A stretch of DNA of 64,000 bases from Candidatus Poribacteria bacterium (GCA_965198235.1 OZ240248.1:1664001-1728000), one strand, 5' to 3'; positions 19,231 to 29,575 are shown, counted from the stretch's first letter. The notes: a model not told the origin generated them from the sequence alone. Translations and numbers: made by a program.

Positions 19231-19584
19231 CAAAAATTGAAAATTTCTAAACGGTTAACACAATTTTAAGATAGCAACAGTCAAAAAAAAAGTCAAGGGT
19301 TTTCAGACATCGCTTAAGGTGTTTAGTTTTCGGTTGTCGGTAACGAGAAATTTTTTACTCCAATGCTCCAAAAAGGGAATATCGATATCTTTACGCGAAA
19401 TGTATTAGAATAAGGCTGCTATATTAACAGCCGAATTCACGGAGCTTTCACGGAGGGCTTTTTATCGTAGGTATTTCAGGAGTTTCCTGAACTTGAATCT
19501 GTTTTTTCTCCGTGAATACGAATATGAGTTATATTTATTTCAACGAATAGATGTTTTTAAATCTGAAACCTTCCTAACCGAATA

Positions 19585-19713
19585 CAGGGTCATTCAGTTT
19601 TAAGAAATTATCGGATTTCACGTCTTTTTTTGACGGTCCGGTGCGGTTAGGAAACCACACCTACCGGGCCTGGGGCAAAACTAGACCGAAGAATGGAAAA
19701 CTAAATGACCCTA
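19585..19713. mobile_element. 129-bp MITE with 17-bp TIRs, 9-bp target duplication and internal REP
   Basis: TIRs cagggtcattcagtttt / aaaactaaatgacccta; AACCGAATA at 19576-19584 and 19714-19722; internal ggtgcggttaggaaaccacacctac. Confidence 0.8.
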
Positions 19714-19799
19714 AACCGAATAGGCGTTTTCTTGAAACAATTTTTTACTTGTGCTAATATGCATAGCAAGTACTACCTCAAAAAACGGAGGGATGTCCA

Positions 19800-20513
19800 A
19801 TGAAATGGGCAAAGTATATATGGCTTGTGATGATAGCGATGCTGATAAGCACGCTTGCTGTCTTTGCGGTCCATGACGAAAATAAGGGACCTGAAAAGTT
19901 AGGGCGTTACGAGTTTAAGGAGCAGGACATCAAAGCGGCAACGGATGAATGTGACGCTGGAGGCAAGCCGGGACCTGAATTTGTGCCGACGGTCCGGGAC
20001 AAAGAACCCAACTTGGCATTACTCAAAGATGCGAAAGGGGAAGCTTCCACGCAGCTGGAGGGATGGTGTCCTCGTAGACACTGTATCGAATATCTCAATG
20101 ACGGTTTTTACAACAACTGCCGGAGCTGGATCATCGGTGCGATACCCGGTTGGGCACAGATCGATATAGGTGATGTTGCCAATGTGAATCGCATCTACTT
20201 CGCCAGCGATCATTCGCAGGGATTTCTCGACCGGACAACTGCTGACTTTGATATCCTTGTCGCGACCTCAAAGGCGGATCCAAACTCCGATGCGAACACA
20301 TGGACAAAGGTTTACACTCACAAGGGCGATCCAATTAGTGAAACCACTGAGTTCACCTTCAAAGATGTAGAGGCACGGTGGTTGCGCCTTCATATTCGCA
20401 CCAATGGCGGTGCTCGCGTCGATGAAATCGAAATTTACGGTGGCAGAGACCCGATGGCTGTTGAACCGAACGGGAAGCTTACCACGACATGGGCAGAGGT
20501 TAAGACAGAGTGA
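19800..20513 (+). CDS. Secreted discoidin (F5/8-type) domain protein with conserved C-terminal motif
   Basis: Signal peptide; LNDG, WAQIDIG, ARWLRL, EIEIYG; tail VEPNGKLTTTWAEVK; GGAGG RBS. Confidence 0.75.
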   Translation: MKWAKYIWLVMIAMLISTLAVFAVHDENKGPEKLGRYEFKEQDIKAATDECDAGGKPGPEFVPTVRDKEPNLALLKDAKGEASTQLEGWCPRRHCIEYLNDGFYNNCRSWIIGAIPGWAQIDIGDVANVNRIYFASDHSQGFLDRTTADFDILVATSKADPNSDANTWTKVYTHKGDPISETTEFTFKDVEARWLRLHIRTNGGARVDEIEIYGGRDPMAVEPNGKLTTTWAEVKTE

Positions 20514-20524
20514 CACCGTTGGCT

Positions 20525-20563
20525 GTAGGCACGATTTTATAGAACAGGATAAATCGTGCCTAC
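20525..20563. repeat. GTAG-type REP palindrome
   Basis: gtaggcacgattt ... aaatcgtgcctac perfect 13-bp arms. Confidence 0.7.
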
Positions 20564-20574
20564 GGAAAATAAGA

Positions 20575-20715
20575 ATGATCCTATAAGGTGGAGACAGAGC
20601 TGGTGAACACGCACAGTACGATAATATCGTCGTTGTCACGCCTGACTTCGACCCTACACCTGTTGAACCCCAACGGAAGTTGGCATTAACGTGGGGGAAG
20701 CTCAAAATACAATGA
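20575..20715 (+). pseudogene. Collapsed gene retaining only the conserved C-terminal motif
   Basis: ATG ATC CTA TAA then in frame GGDRAGEHAQYDNIVVVTPDFDPTPVEPQRKLALTWGKLKIQ*; stop overlaps next ATG (ATGA). Confidence 0.65.
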
Positions 20716-21722
20716 GACCTCAAAAACCGTTAGCAATAGGCATCATCGGTGCTGGCAGTATGGGAAGACATCATCACAGAGCGGTAACCGATTACGGTGC
20801 GCGTGTCGTTGCAGTCCATGATGTGCGGCTTGAAGCAGCGCGCGAACTCGCAGCACATTCTGAAGAAGCGCTTGCCACTACTGCATTGGATGCTTTTTTC
20901 GGCGTAGATATGGACGGAGTGGTTATCACGACACCACCCCCTGTCCGTCTTGAACCAATCCAGATGGCGTGCGATCGTGAGATTCCTGTGATGGTTGAAA
21001 AACCACCTGCCTTGAACATGGCTGAAGGTAGAAAGTGCCTTGCATGCATTGAGAAAGCGGATGTCATCGCTGCTGTCGGGTTCCAACTGCGCTATCATCC
21101 GCTCTATGAACGGCTGAAAGCGTTAATCGCTTCGGAACCGGTCCACCTCGTCCGGACGGTGTGCACTGTTGATTATTACCTGAGTTTCCGGATGTCGCCT
21201 TGGTTTCTGCAATATGAGATAAGCGGTGGTCCCTTGCCAGAGCAGGCGGTGCATGTGTTGGATTGCGCACGGTTCGTTATGGGAAACCCGAAACCTGTGC
21301 AGGCACATGCGTTTGCTATCAAGAACATGGCGTTGGACCGAACCGAATTCGATGCCGAAAATGCCATCCAGATGACCTATCAATTGGACAACGGTGTCTT
21401 CGGAACACACATGAATCACTGCGGTACCGAGGGATTTAGTTTTGAGGTTGAAGTCGTCGGACCACATTTGCGATTACAGGCGAATATGACGGATAACGCT
21501 ATTCGTGGATACCTTAACGGTGAAATCGTCAATAAACCGGCGGTTTCAGAAAATAGTCTGGGTTTAGACAAATCCGGAGCATGGTTGCGCGCTATTGAAA
21601 CAGGGGACAGGACGCTGATTCGCTCGCCGTTCGCTGATGCAATTGAGACACTTGCCCTGATTGATGCTGCGGTCCAGAGCCGCAACACCGGCAGATTTAT
21701 CAACGTGGAGGAACTGTCATGA
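20712..21722 (+). CDS. Gfo/Idh/MocA family oxidoreductase
   Basis: IGIIGAGSMG, VEKP, GG.L.EQAVH.LD; start at MRPQKP. Confidence 0.9.
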   Translation: MRPQKPLAIGIIGAGSMGRHHHRAVTDYGARVVAVHDVRLEAARELAAHSEEALATTALDAFFGVDMDGVVITTPPPVRLEPIQMACDREIPVMVEKPPALNMAEGRKCLACIEKADVIAAVGFQLRYHPLYERLKALIASEPVHLVRTVCTVDYYLSFRMSPWFLQYEISGGPLPEQAVHVLDCARFVMGNPKPVQAHAFAIKNMALDRTEFDAENAIQMTYQLDNGVFGTHMNHCGTEGFSFEVEVVGPHLRLQANMTDNAIRGYLNGEIVNKPAVSENSLGLDKSGAWLRAIETGDRTLIRSPFADAIETLALIDAAVQSRNTGRFINVEELS

Positions 21723-22051
21723 TAGATTGGATTTATTTTCGGAATAGCTGAAACTCGTGTAAAAAAGTGCAAGAGTTTCTTGACGAACACAAATTACAAC
21801 CAGAGAGTCGGACTGATGCGCGAAAAGAGAAAATGGATGCAACAGCGGTATGGGATTTAATGGGCAGTGCGGAGCGAATTGTTGTTGCGAAAGGGAGGCG
21901 CGTGGAAACCTTCGTACCAACCGAAGACATGCAGGAATCAATCTTAAAAGCGGTGATAGGACGAAGCGGCAGCCTACGTGCACCGACAATACAAAGCGGG
22001 AATGTCTTCCTTGTTGGTTTCAACGAGACACTCTATAAAACAAATTTTTAA
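21719..22051 (+). CDS. ArsC/Spx-like thioredoxin-fold protein, probable selenoprotein (UxxC)
   Basis: GGAGGA RBS and ATGA coupling; MIDWIYFRNS-TGA-NSCKKVQEFL in frame with ORF 21767..22051 (GRSGSLRAPT...VGFN); hairpin immediately after TGA. Confidence 0.8.
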
Positions 22052-22240
22052 CGATTCGTAAGGCGTTAAATCAAGCGATGGGTTCCATAAGGGTTTTCGC
22101 TAAAGGGTCGCCTGCGCCTTTGTTGCAGGCTGCCATCACTTTCTGACTTAGAAACCGTACATCTCCTCGGTCTCGTCGGAATTAACCGAAAACCGTTGTG
22201 AAACGTAGTGGAACAACGCCCAGGAGCCAATAAATTAAAA
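22045..22240. repeat. Junction element, family A
   Basis: Aligns along most of its length with 35108-35280; contains the upstream stop TAA and abuts the next ATG (22241). Confidence 0.85.
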
Positions 22241-22850
22241 ATGTCTATTGAAAAGATTCTGATTACCGGTGCGAATGGGTATCTGGCACAATTTATCATT
22301 GATCGGTTGCGTGGCAAGTATGAACTTACGCTAACTGACATTGTTGAACTGGATCGGGCGATTACAGGCACGACTTTTATCAAAGCAGATGTGACGGATG
22401 CCTCCGAAATCGAAGCAGCGTGTGTGAATCAAGATGCTGTCGTCCATCTTGTTGCTTTGGTACGGGGGCGGTCTAATAAACCAGCCCCGCTGTTTGCGGA
22501 TGTCATGGTGAAAGGTACATGGAACGTCGCAGAAGCCTGTGTAAAGCAAGGCATTGTGTTAACATCTCAAGTATTTCGGCGTGCTCCCCTGCCCCAAGTG
22601 CAAAGTTACCTTACGAGGTGGACGATGACTTCCAGTTCGGTCCGGGAGCTTTACTACGCACTGGCAAAGTACCTCGGCGAGCAGATCGGAGTGGCGTATC
22701 ATCAGGCGCATGGGTTGGATGTAATCCATGATAGATGGAGATGGACAGAATCCCGGTCCACGGCTCCTGAAGTTGTGACAGATCCTTGGTTTGTTTACGT
22801 GGATCCGAGGGATGTTGCGCAGTGTGTTCAGAGACGGTGAAGTATGGTGC
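22241..22850 (+). pseudogene. NAD-dependent epimerase/dehydratase, frameshifted
   Basis: ILITGANGYLA, VVHL, YALAK, YVDPRDVAQ present but spread over frames after ~22550. Confidence 0.65.
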
Positions 22851-22859
22851 GTGAAACCA

Positions 22860-23580
22860 GAAGAGGATTTAGGGTATTAAATTGGCCAAGATCCCTGGTG
22901 GTGCATAAGAAATTGAAACTGTCGAACATCGTTGTGGACGCTGAACTCGCCAAGGACTTTAAAACAATTGTCAGTTTTCAGGGAAATAAAGGCAAACCCG
23001 CCTATAGTTGGTACAAATATAAGGAAGCTTTTTCAGCGGGACGTTGAATATTTTCTGGGTAGTTATGTTGGGCGTCCTGCCCCGCTAATGTCCGTGAAAA
23101 TACCTTGCAAGTTCCCAAGGAGCTGATGGTATAGAATTATTGCCTGTAGGTCAGGAGATTATCCGTACCCGTTTTTTGTCAGAAAGGAACGACATCGAAT
23201 GACATCGCTCCAACTTGAACGCTGGATAACGTCTCTGCCTTGGAAGGAATTTCCGGGAGTTCCGTTTAGCACCATCCGGATTACAGAGAACGCTTATCCA
23301 CCAGAAACGATAGAAGCGATTGAACGGTACAGGGGTGCCCTTCAACAGGAAAATGAGAAAATTCAAGCAATCTTGAGACTTGCCCTTCTGTGCAAGGGCG
23401 TTACCTTACGAGAGATCCGGCAAACGACGCCCGGAGCGAAATTCTCGCTTTTGATGCTGCGTATAATCAAAGAAATCGGATATCCGCGATGTTCAGATGC
23501 CTGTAACGCTTTTCCCTGGCAGACTATGGAGGATATTCGGTTATTTGAAGGATCATGTCTTGATCCATGTCCGTCCGGGG
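22860..23580 (+). pseudogene. Fragments resembling a DNA modification methyltransferase
   Basis: SFQGNK...WYKYKEAFS segment typical of DNA methyltransferase N-termini; broken into short ORFs. Confidence 0.4.
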
Positions 23581-24000
23581 GTTATAGATGGAGTTGAGCG
23601 GACAGAATCCCGGGAAAAGGTCCTGACGGCTCCTGGGGAAGTTGTGACGGAGATCCTTGGTTTCGCGTTTACAAGTTTTTCATGGAATCCGAGGGATGTT
23701 GCGCAGTTTTGAAGTGTGGTGCGGGGAAAAAGGGAAATAGTAGTCCGCGCCATCGAAACCGAGGACGGTGAGTCGTCAGTATGGTGCGTATAACGACCTG
23801 TCGCGGGTCGTGCGGATTCCCGTTTCGCGTGGAAACAGGCAGAAGAGGAACCAGCGGGTACGAATTTTTCGAGGAGGGTATTTCTGTTGACACGCGGAGA
23901 CGGTTCGGAGCACAATTGGCCAGATATCCCGGACGGTGACACGTAAAGATCCTGTTTTGATAATCATCTCATTTCTCACCTGTTAATGATCCCGTGTCCC

Positions 24001-25701
24001 TCAGAACGGCTTTTGCCAATCAGAACCTTTCGCCAGATAGTTAATTGGAATTTGGTTCGACTTCAGGTTGGAAAACCGCTCTGTGAGTCCGCTTTGCCAA
24101 TGAATTTCAAGGGTCTCGACTACCGGATTCTTTCCCAATCCAAAGTGGACGCGGAGATCGCTTTGTGAAAGGTAACTCGCACCGCTCCGTACCTCTTTGG
24201 TAAGAGACAAATTACCCGCTTTCACAACTATTTTTGTACCGATCCCGGACGTGTTGCTTTGGGTCCCGACGGGTTGAATTGTCAGCCAGTGATTGCTATT
24301 ACCGCCCTCATTTCGGAGAAGTGTTGCGTGTTGATTGGAGTTGTTGAGAAAAATATCGACATCTCCGTCATTATCGTAGTCCCCGAATGCGGCAGCGCGG
24401 CTGACTTTTTTGGGGAGTTGTGCCAATCCGATGTCAGTAGACGTATCAGTAAAATGGTATGTGCCGTCTTGCCTACGTACGTTGCGGAAAACCAAATCTC
24501 TCTGTGGATAGGTACTCTCCGAAAAGAGCGAAATGTTTTCTTGGAGATGTCCGTTCGCAACGAAGAGGTCAAGGAGACCATCGTTGTTGTAATCTATAAA
24601 TTCGACTGCCCATTTAAAGTAGGGAAGAGTCACTGCTCCAATTCCTGAGACAAAAGAGACATCGGTAAAAAATGCAGCATTTTCATTTTGATAGAGAAGT
24701 GCAGGCAGTCCAGAGGCGTTGCTGACGACGAGGTCGAGGTAACCATCGTTATTATAATCACCGAATGCGTTTCCCATACCGCTTCCCGGGAAACCGTTTT
24801 CATCATATCCTGTCCCGGTAAGATCAGCAGTTTCGGTGAAGGTGCCATCGCCGTTATTATGGTAAAAGAGGTCTGCTTCCATATCGTTAGCGATGTGCAG
24901 GTCTGGATAGCCATCGTTATCGTAGTCTCCGACTGCGACGGCGAGACCGAGGGCACGATGTGAAATCCCCGCAGTTTTGGTGACATCTGTGAAGGTTCCG
25001 TCTCCATTGTTGCGATAGAGGATATCAGGCTCGCTTACAAAGTGGCTGCCAGCAATCTGATCTGTCGGGCTGCAATATGTTCTGATACCCCGAGTTTCCC
25101 ACCATTCGTTCTCCGCAACGGAAAATTTCATGTAATTGACGACGTATAAGTCAACATACCCGTCTAAGTCGTAATCCAGAAAGGCAGAACTTGTGCTCCA
25201 GCGTTCATCACCGACTCTCGCTTTTTGTGTCACATCTGTAAAAGTGCCATCACCGTTGTTGTAATAGAGGCGGTTGCGTCCGTAGTTGGTTACGTAAATT
25301 TCGGGATAACCGTCATTATTGACATCGGCGGCTGCGCATCCGACTCCATAGCCGGTATCTCCAACCCCTGCACTGTCTGTAATATCAGTAAAAGTGCCGT
25401 TGCCGTTGTTTCGGTAGAGTTTGTTTCGCGGAAGTGGGGGATGTATTTGTGAGGTTTTTTCGCTGGCTGGTGACGGGATATGGGTAGCATTCACTACATA
25501 AAGATCCAAAGCCCCATCAACATCGAAATCGAAAAAAAGTGCGCCAGAACCGAGCGTTTCGATGAGAAATTTCTCACCGGTTCTGCCATCAACATGTCGA
25601 AACGTGATTCCTGCAGCAGTGGTCGTCTCGACGAATTGAACCTCTGCGGAAGTGGATATGCTCAGAAGGAAAGAGAGGATAATATAGCAGAAGCATCTCA
25701 T
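24001..25701 (-). CDS. CRTAC1-like FG-GAP repeat protein with ASPIC/UnbV domain
   Basis: Repeated DYDNDG..DL.V.N / LYRNNGDGTFTD; C-terminal GASYLSQ..VHFGLG; extreme C-terminus runs into the scrambled region. Confidence 0.9.
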   Translation of the reverse strand: MRCFCYIILSFLLSISTSAEVQFVETTTAAGITFRHVDGRTGEKFLIETLGSGALFFDFDVDGALDLYVVNATHIPSPASEKTSQIHPPLPRNKLYRNNGNGTFTDITDSAGVGDTGYGVGCAAADVNNDGYPEIYVTNYGRNRLYYNNGDGTFTDVTQKARVGDERWSTSSAFLDYDLDGYVDLYVVNYMKFSVAENEWWETRGIRTYCSPTDQIAGSHFVSEPDILYRNNGDGTFTDVTKTAGISHRALGLAVAVGDYDNDGYPDLHIANDMEADLFYHNNGDGTFTETADLTGTGYDENGFPGSGMGNAFGDYNNDGYLDLVVSNASGLPALLYQNENAAFFTDVSFVSGIGAVTLPYFKWAVEFIDYNNDGLLDLFVANGHLQENISLFSESTYPQRDLVFRNVRRQDGTYHFTDTSTDIGLAQLPKKVSRAAAFGDYDNDGDVDIFLNNSNQHATLLRNEGGNSNHWLTIQPVGTQSNTSGIGTKIVVKAGNLSLTKEVRSGASYLSQSDLRVHFGLGKNPVVETLEIHWQSGLTERFSNLKSNQIPINYLAKGSDWQKPF

Positions 25702-26846
25702 TGTTCGTTAGCGTATTTTTCCTGTTTTTCACGCGCTTGTTGCGCCTCACTTTTCAATCCGAGGAGGGTGCAAATTTGGGAGAGCGTGTCCCAATAGTTC
25801 GCTTCAGTCGGGACAAGACGAACAGCGGTTCGGGCATGGGAGAGTGCTTGGTCCAAATCTATCCCCGATTCTATATAGCAGACAGCGACATTATTATGCG
25901 CAATCGCGAGTGTGGTGTCGATGGTGAGTGCTTGTTGGTAAGCCGCGATAGCGAGTTTAGCTTTTCCCAGTTTATGGTAAGCATGTCCCAAGTTGTAATG
26001 TGCTGTGGCTAAAGCAGGGGCAAGAGAAATGGCGCGTTTGTAGTTCTCAATCGCGTCCTCAGAACGACGGCGTGCGAGGTAAACAATACCGAGATTGTTG
26101 TAACCTCTTGCGTCATCGGGATGGCTTTTCACCCATATCTCGGCTTGCTCAAGAAGCGGATCTGTTTGACGGAGGACTTTGAAGAATGCCATTGCCGAGG
26201 CGGCTTTCTCCTTTTCGCCACGTTTAATATAAATTTGAGCGAGTTGGTAGTGTGCTTCTGTGTTGTCCACCTGAATTTCAATTGCCTTCTCAACCGCGGT
26301 GATTGCGTCATCCAAGCGTCCCTGCTTTGCATAGACCTTACCTAACCCGAAAATAGCACTCGGATTTCCGTTCGGATTGAGACGTGTGGCTTGCTTATAG
26401 GCGCGAGCAGCCTGTCCGAAATCGCCCTGCTTCAAATAGACCTCGCCGAGTCCCGTATAGGCATCTCCCCATTCGACATCAATAGCAATCGCGCGTTTAA
26501 ACGCCTCAAGGGCACGCGGGAAATCGCCTTGCTTGAGGTGAACCAGCCCTATATTATAGTGTGGTTCAGCCGTCATGGGAGACAACGCAAGTGCCTTCTG
26601 GTAGGCATCAAGTGCGGCATCGTATTGCTTCAGTTCGGAATATGCGACACCGAGTCTGTTGTAGATGATAGGGGAGTTTGGATTAAGCGCGATGGCTTTT
26701 CTGTATTCGGAGATAGCTTGCTCGAATTCTCCGAGATTATGGTAGGCAGCGGCACTCTTATAATACTTTTCAGCAGGTGAAGTATCGGATAAAGCGATGT
26801 TTATGAAAGCACTACAGAGGATGAATATGGTGAGATATTTTAGCAT
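25698..26846 (-). CDS. Secreted tetratricopeptide repeat protein
   Basis: Signal peptide and multiple A.Y.LG..Y...G....A...Y..A TPR units; ATGA-coupled to CRTAC1-like gene. Confidence 0.9.
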   Translation of the reverse strand: MLKYLTIFILCSAFINIALSDTSPAEKYYKSAAAYHNLGEFEQAISEYRKAIALNPNSPIIYNRLGVAYSELKQYDAALDAYQKALALSPMTAEPHYNIGLVHLKQGDFPRALEAFKRAIAIDVEWGDAYTGLGEVYLKQGDFGQAARAYKQATRLNPNGNPSAIFGLGKVYAKQGRLDDAITAVEKAIEIQVDNTEAHYQLAQIYIKRGEKEKAASAMAFFKVLRQTDPLLEQAEIWVKSHPDDARGYNNLGIVYLARRRSEDAIENYKRAISLAPALATAHYNLGHAYHKLGKAKLAIAAYQQALTIDTTLAIAHNNVAVCYIESGIDLDQALSHARTAVRLVPTEANYWDTLSQICTLLGLKSEAQQAREKQEKYANEQ

Positions 26847-26899
26847 ACGCTTCCCTCTAATGTAAGGGCGGCGTTTCCCCGCCCTTATTAAGCGTATTT

Positions 26900-27676
26900 C
26901 TAATCGCGATCCGCTTTAATGCTGCCCCACGTCGTCGCGAGTTTCTCCGCGGGTTCCACGGGCAGAAAATCGCCACTCATAATTTCGTCGATCTCTGCCT
27001 CGGTGATGATCCGGTTGAAGAGAAATACCTCGTCAATGATGCCTGTGAAAAATTCTTCGCCAGGGTGACGCGCACCAACCATAACGGAGCCATCAATTTC
27101 ATCAACAACTGGCGGTTTAGCTCCACCGCCGGCTTCTTTCCCATCATTATAGATGACCACTTTTGATTTCGTATCATGTGTGACTACCAAGTGCACCCAG
27201 TCATCGGGTTGAACGTCATCGGTGACGGCTTTTTGTGCCCAACCACCACCAGATGTAGACCAGAAATAGGTTTTACTGTCGCTATTTCTAAAAATTGATG
27301 CCCATTTCAAGGAGCCTGCTGTCACCATGTAATTCCACTCCCGAATTTGGGCATCGTCACGTTTAACCCAGAAAGCGATGGAGAACTGTTCTCTTAACTG
27401 TAAGGTGTCGTTTATAGGCACCATTACATGTTCTCCCTTGGTCCCATCAAACTCCAATGCTTTACCGAACTGTCCATCTACCCATGTGGGATTTTGGACA
27501 AATTCACCATCATGACCATGGACAGAACCATCTGCAACCTTCCCTCCCTTTCCTTCATCAAAGGAGAGGTATAAAACGAGGGATTTGTCATCTAACCCTG
27601 CCTGTAAAGGTGTCGTCAAGGTGAACAGTACGCATGCTACGACGAGTCCACCTATAAATTTTTCAAATTTGTGCAC
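26900..27676 (-). CDS. Secreted LamG-like jellyroll protein with conserved C-terminal motif
   Basis: GGAGG RBS before GTG 27676; LYLSFDEG, GKALEFDG, WVHLVVT, GIIDEV; tail VEPAEKLATTWGSIK. Confidence 0.85.
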   Translation of the reverse strand: MHKFEKFIGGLVVACVLFTLTTPLQAGLDDKSLVLYLSFDEGKGGKVADGSVHGHDGEFVQNPTWVDGQFGKALEFDGTKGEHVMVPINDTLQLREQFSIAFWVKRDDAQIREWNYMVTAGSLKWASIFRNSDSKTYFWSTSGGGWAQKAVTDDVQPDDWVHLVVTHDTKSKVVIYNDGKEAGGGAKPPVVDEIDGSVMVGARHPGEEFFTGIIDEVFLFNRIITEAEIDEIMSGDFLPVEPAEKLATTWGSIKADRD

Positions 27677-27810
27677 AGTGAATTCCTCCTTCCAATCATA
27701 CGAAATACGGTAAGATTTGCCCAAACGGCAAATTGGATATTAAGAGAGAAATCTGATTTAAACTTGGACGACCGAGTGATTATTCGACTGGTGTTAGGTG
27801 AGATAAAAAG

Positions 27811-29535
27811 TTAGCAGGCACCACACTTCTTACAAACAGTCGTATCGCATTCACTGGTCGTAAAACCTTTTTTGTGCTTGTGGAACTCAAGTTGTAGGAA
27901 TTGCGGTTTAACGTTAAGGTCAAGATGGTCCCACGGATTGCTCTCATGCAGGGGGCGTTGACGGGTTGCATAAAAATGTGGGACTAATTCATGCTTGCGG
28001 AAGGCTTGGTTCCATGGTACCCCGTGTGCAAGCTCAAGGATGACTTTCCCAAGTCGCCGGTCGCCACGTGCGAAGACGGCTTCTTGGTGTGCGAGTCTTG
28101 CACTGGCAGAGCCAACTTTTATGCTACCAAGCTGGTTAATTTCGCGCTTCAGAAAATCAAGTTTTCGGGAGATGGTTTTCGGGGGTTCCATCGCTACCCA
28201 TTGAAAAGGCGTATGTGGTTTTGGGACCATGGGTGAAATCGTAAAGTTGATACGGGCGATTTTTCCTGTTCGCTTCGCATGGGGGAGAAGTATGGTTCGC
28301 ATCTCCTTTGCCATATCAACAATGGCTTCTACATCCGCTGGTGTTTCATGTGGGACCCCGATGAGGAAGTATAGACGAAGGTTGAGAATGTCGCGTTTCA
28401 ATGCTTCCTCAAAAACATAATAGAGGCGTTCACGTGGAATAGCTTTATTGACAACTTTTTGGAGTTTTTCGGTCGCAACTTCTGGGGCAATTGTGATAGT
28501 CCCTTGTTCGCTGTCTGCGAGTGCGTCAAGCAGCGGGGTGCGAACAGTTTCAGCGCGGAGTGAGGCACAAGAGATGCGAAATCCACGTTCGACGAGACCT
28601 GTAGCAATCTCGTCGATTTGGGGATGGTCAGAGATAGAGGCACCGACAAGTCCGATTCTGTCTGTAATGCCGCGTGCGCGTTCCGCAAGTGCGAGTGTAT
28701 TCTCTACAGAACGATGTCTCGGCCATCGGCGTGCATAGTCTGCGACACAGAACCGGCACTGCCTACCACACCCGCGCACGATTTCAATGAGATGAGCGTT
28801 TGCGAATTCGGTATTGGGTGTGTGGATGTGCGTACAAGTTTCGACATCGTCAAGTTTTGGGACGGCTCCTGCATGGATCCGAGGCGATATGCCAGGCTTT
28901 GGAGAGACAGTATCAATGGTGCCATCATCGCGATAAGTTACGTCGTAGAAATGTGGCACGTAAAGCCCTGGAACAGTCGCGAGCGTTTCAAGCAATTCAC
29001 TCTTCGGTGCGCCGGATCTTTTCCATTCGTTGAAATGTGCCATGAGTTGATGGATGACAAGTTCGGCTTCTCCGACGACAAAAACATCAACAAAGTCAGC
29101 AATAGGTTCTGGATTGTAAGATATATTAATCCCACCTGCAATAACAAGTGGGTCCCATTCCGTACGTGCCTCAGCAAGCGGTGGGATGTTCGCCAACTCT
29201 AACGTTCGAGGAATGTTCACATAATCTGATTCGAAGGAGACTGAAAATCCGATGATGTCAAATTGGTTCAAGGCAGTCTGCGTCTCAAACGAGAAAAGAG
29301 CCTTTTTCTGGGAGGCAAGTTTCCGAAGATAGTCAGGCTCAGGAATAAAAACACGTTCGCAGGCGGTGTCCGCTCGACTGTTGAGGATTGCGTACATAAC
29401 TTGAACGCCAAGACTTGACATACCGAGCGCATACGTGCTCGGATAGACGAGCGCGAATTTGTTAGGTTTTCTGAAATTATTATGTGCGCCGTGTTCCTCA
29501 CTGCGCAAATGTTGGTAATGCTGATGTAGGTTCAC
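27811..29535 (-). CDS. Radical SAM protein (TIGR03960-like, N-terminal B12-binding-like region)
   Basis: YP..Y..GMSSLG, CGRQCRFC, PKPHTPFQW, C-terminal Cys cluster. Confidence 0.85.
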   Translation of the reverse strand: MNLHQHYQHLRSEEHGAHNNFRKPNKFALVYPSTYALGMSSLGVQVMYAILNSRADTACERVFIPEPDYLRKLASQKKALFSFETQTALNQFDIIGFSVSFESDYVNIPRTLELANIPPLAEARTEWDPLVIAGGINISYNPEPIADFVDVFVVGEAELVIHQLMAHFNEWKRSGAPKSELLETLATVPGLYVPHFYDVTYRDDGTIDTVSPKPGISPRIHAGAVPKLDDVETCTHIHTPNTEFANAHLIEIVRGCGRQCRFCVADYARRWPRHRSVENTLALAERARGITDRIGLVGASISDHPQIDEIATGLVERGFRISCASLRAETVRTPLLDALADSEQGTITIAPEVATEKLQKVVNKAIPRERLYYVFEEALKRDILNLRLYFLIGVPHETPADVEAIVDMAKEMRTILLPHAKRTGKIARINFTISPMVPKPHTPFQWVAMEPPKTISRKLDFLKREINQLGSIKVGSASARLAHQEAVFARGDRRLGKVILELAHGVPWNQAFRKHELVPHFYATRQRPLHESNPWDHLDLNVKPQFLQLEFHKHKKGFTTSECDTTVCKKCGAC

Positions 29536-29552
29536 TGTTTGCCTCAGGTTTT

Positions 29553-29575
29553 GTAGGAGGGGTTTTTAACCCCGA
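29553..29575 (+). repeat. GTAG-type REP
   Basis: gtaggaggggtttttaaccccga; 22/23 identical to 45255-45277 inside murE. Confidence 0.75.

Noticed and set aside
19432-19520. ttcacggag tandem with an inverted copy and inner hairpin, possible ncRNA
   Set aside because: No recognisable family and no second copy in the window.
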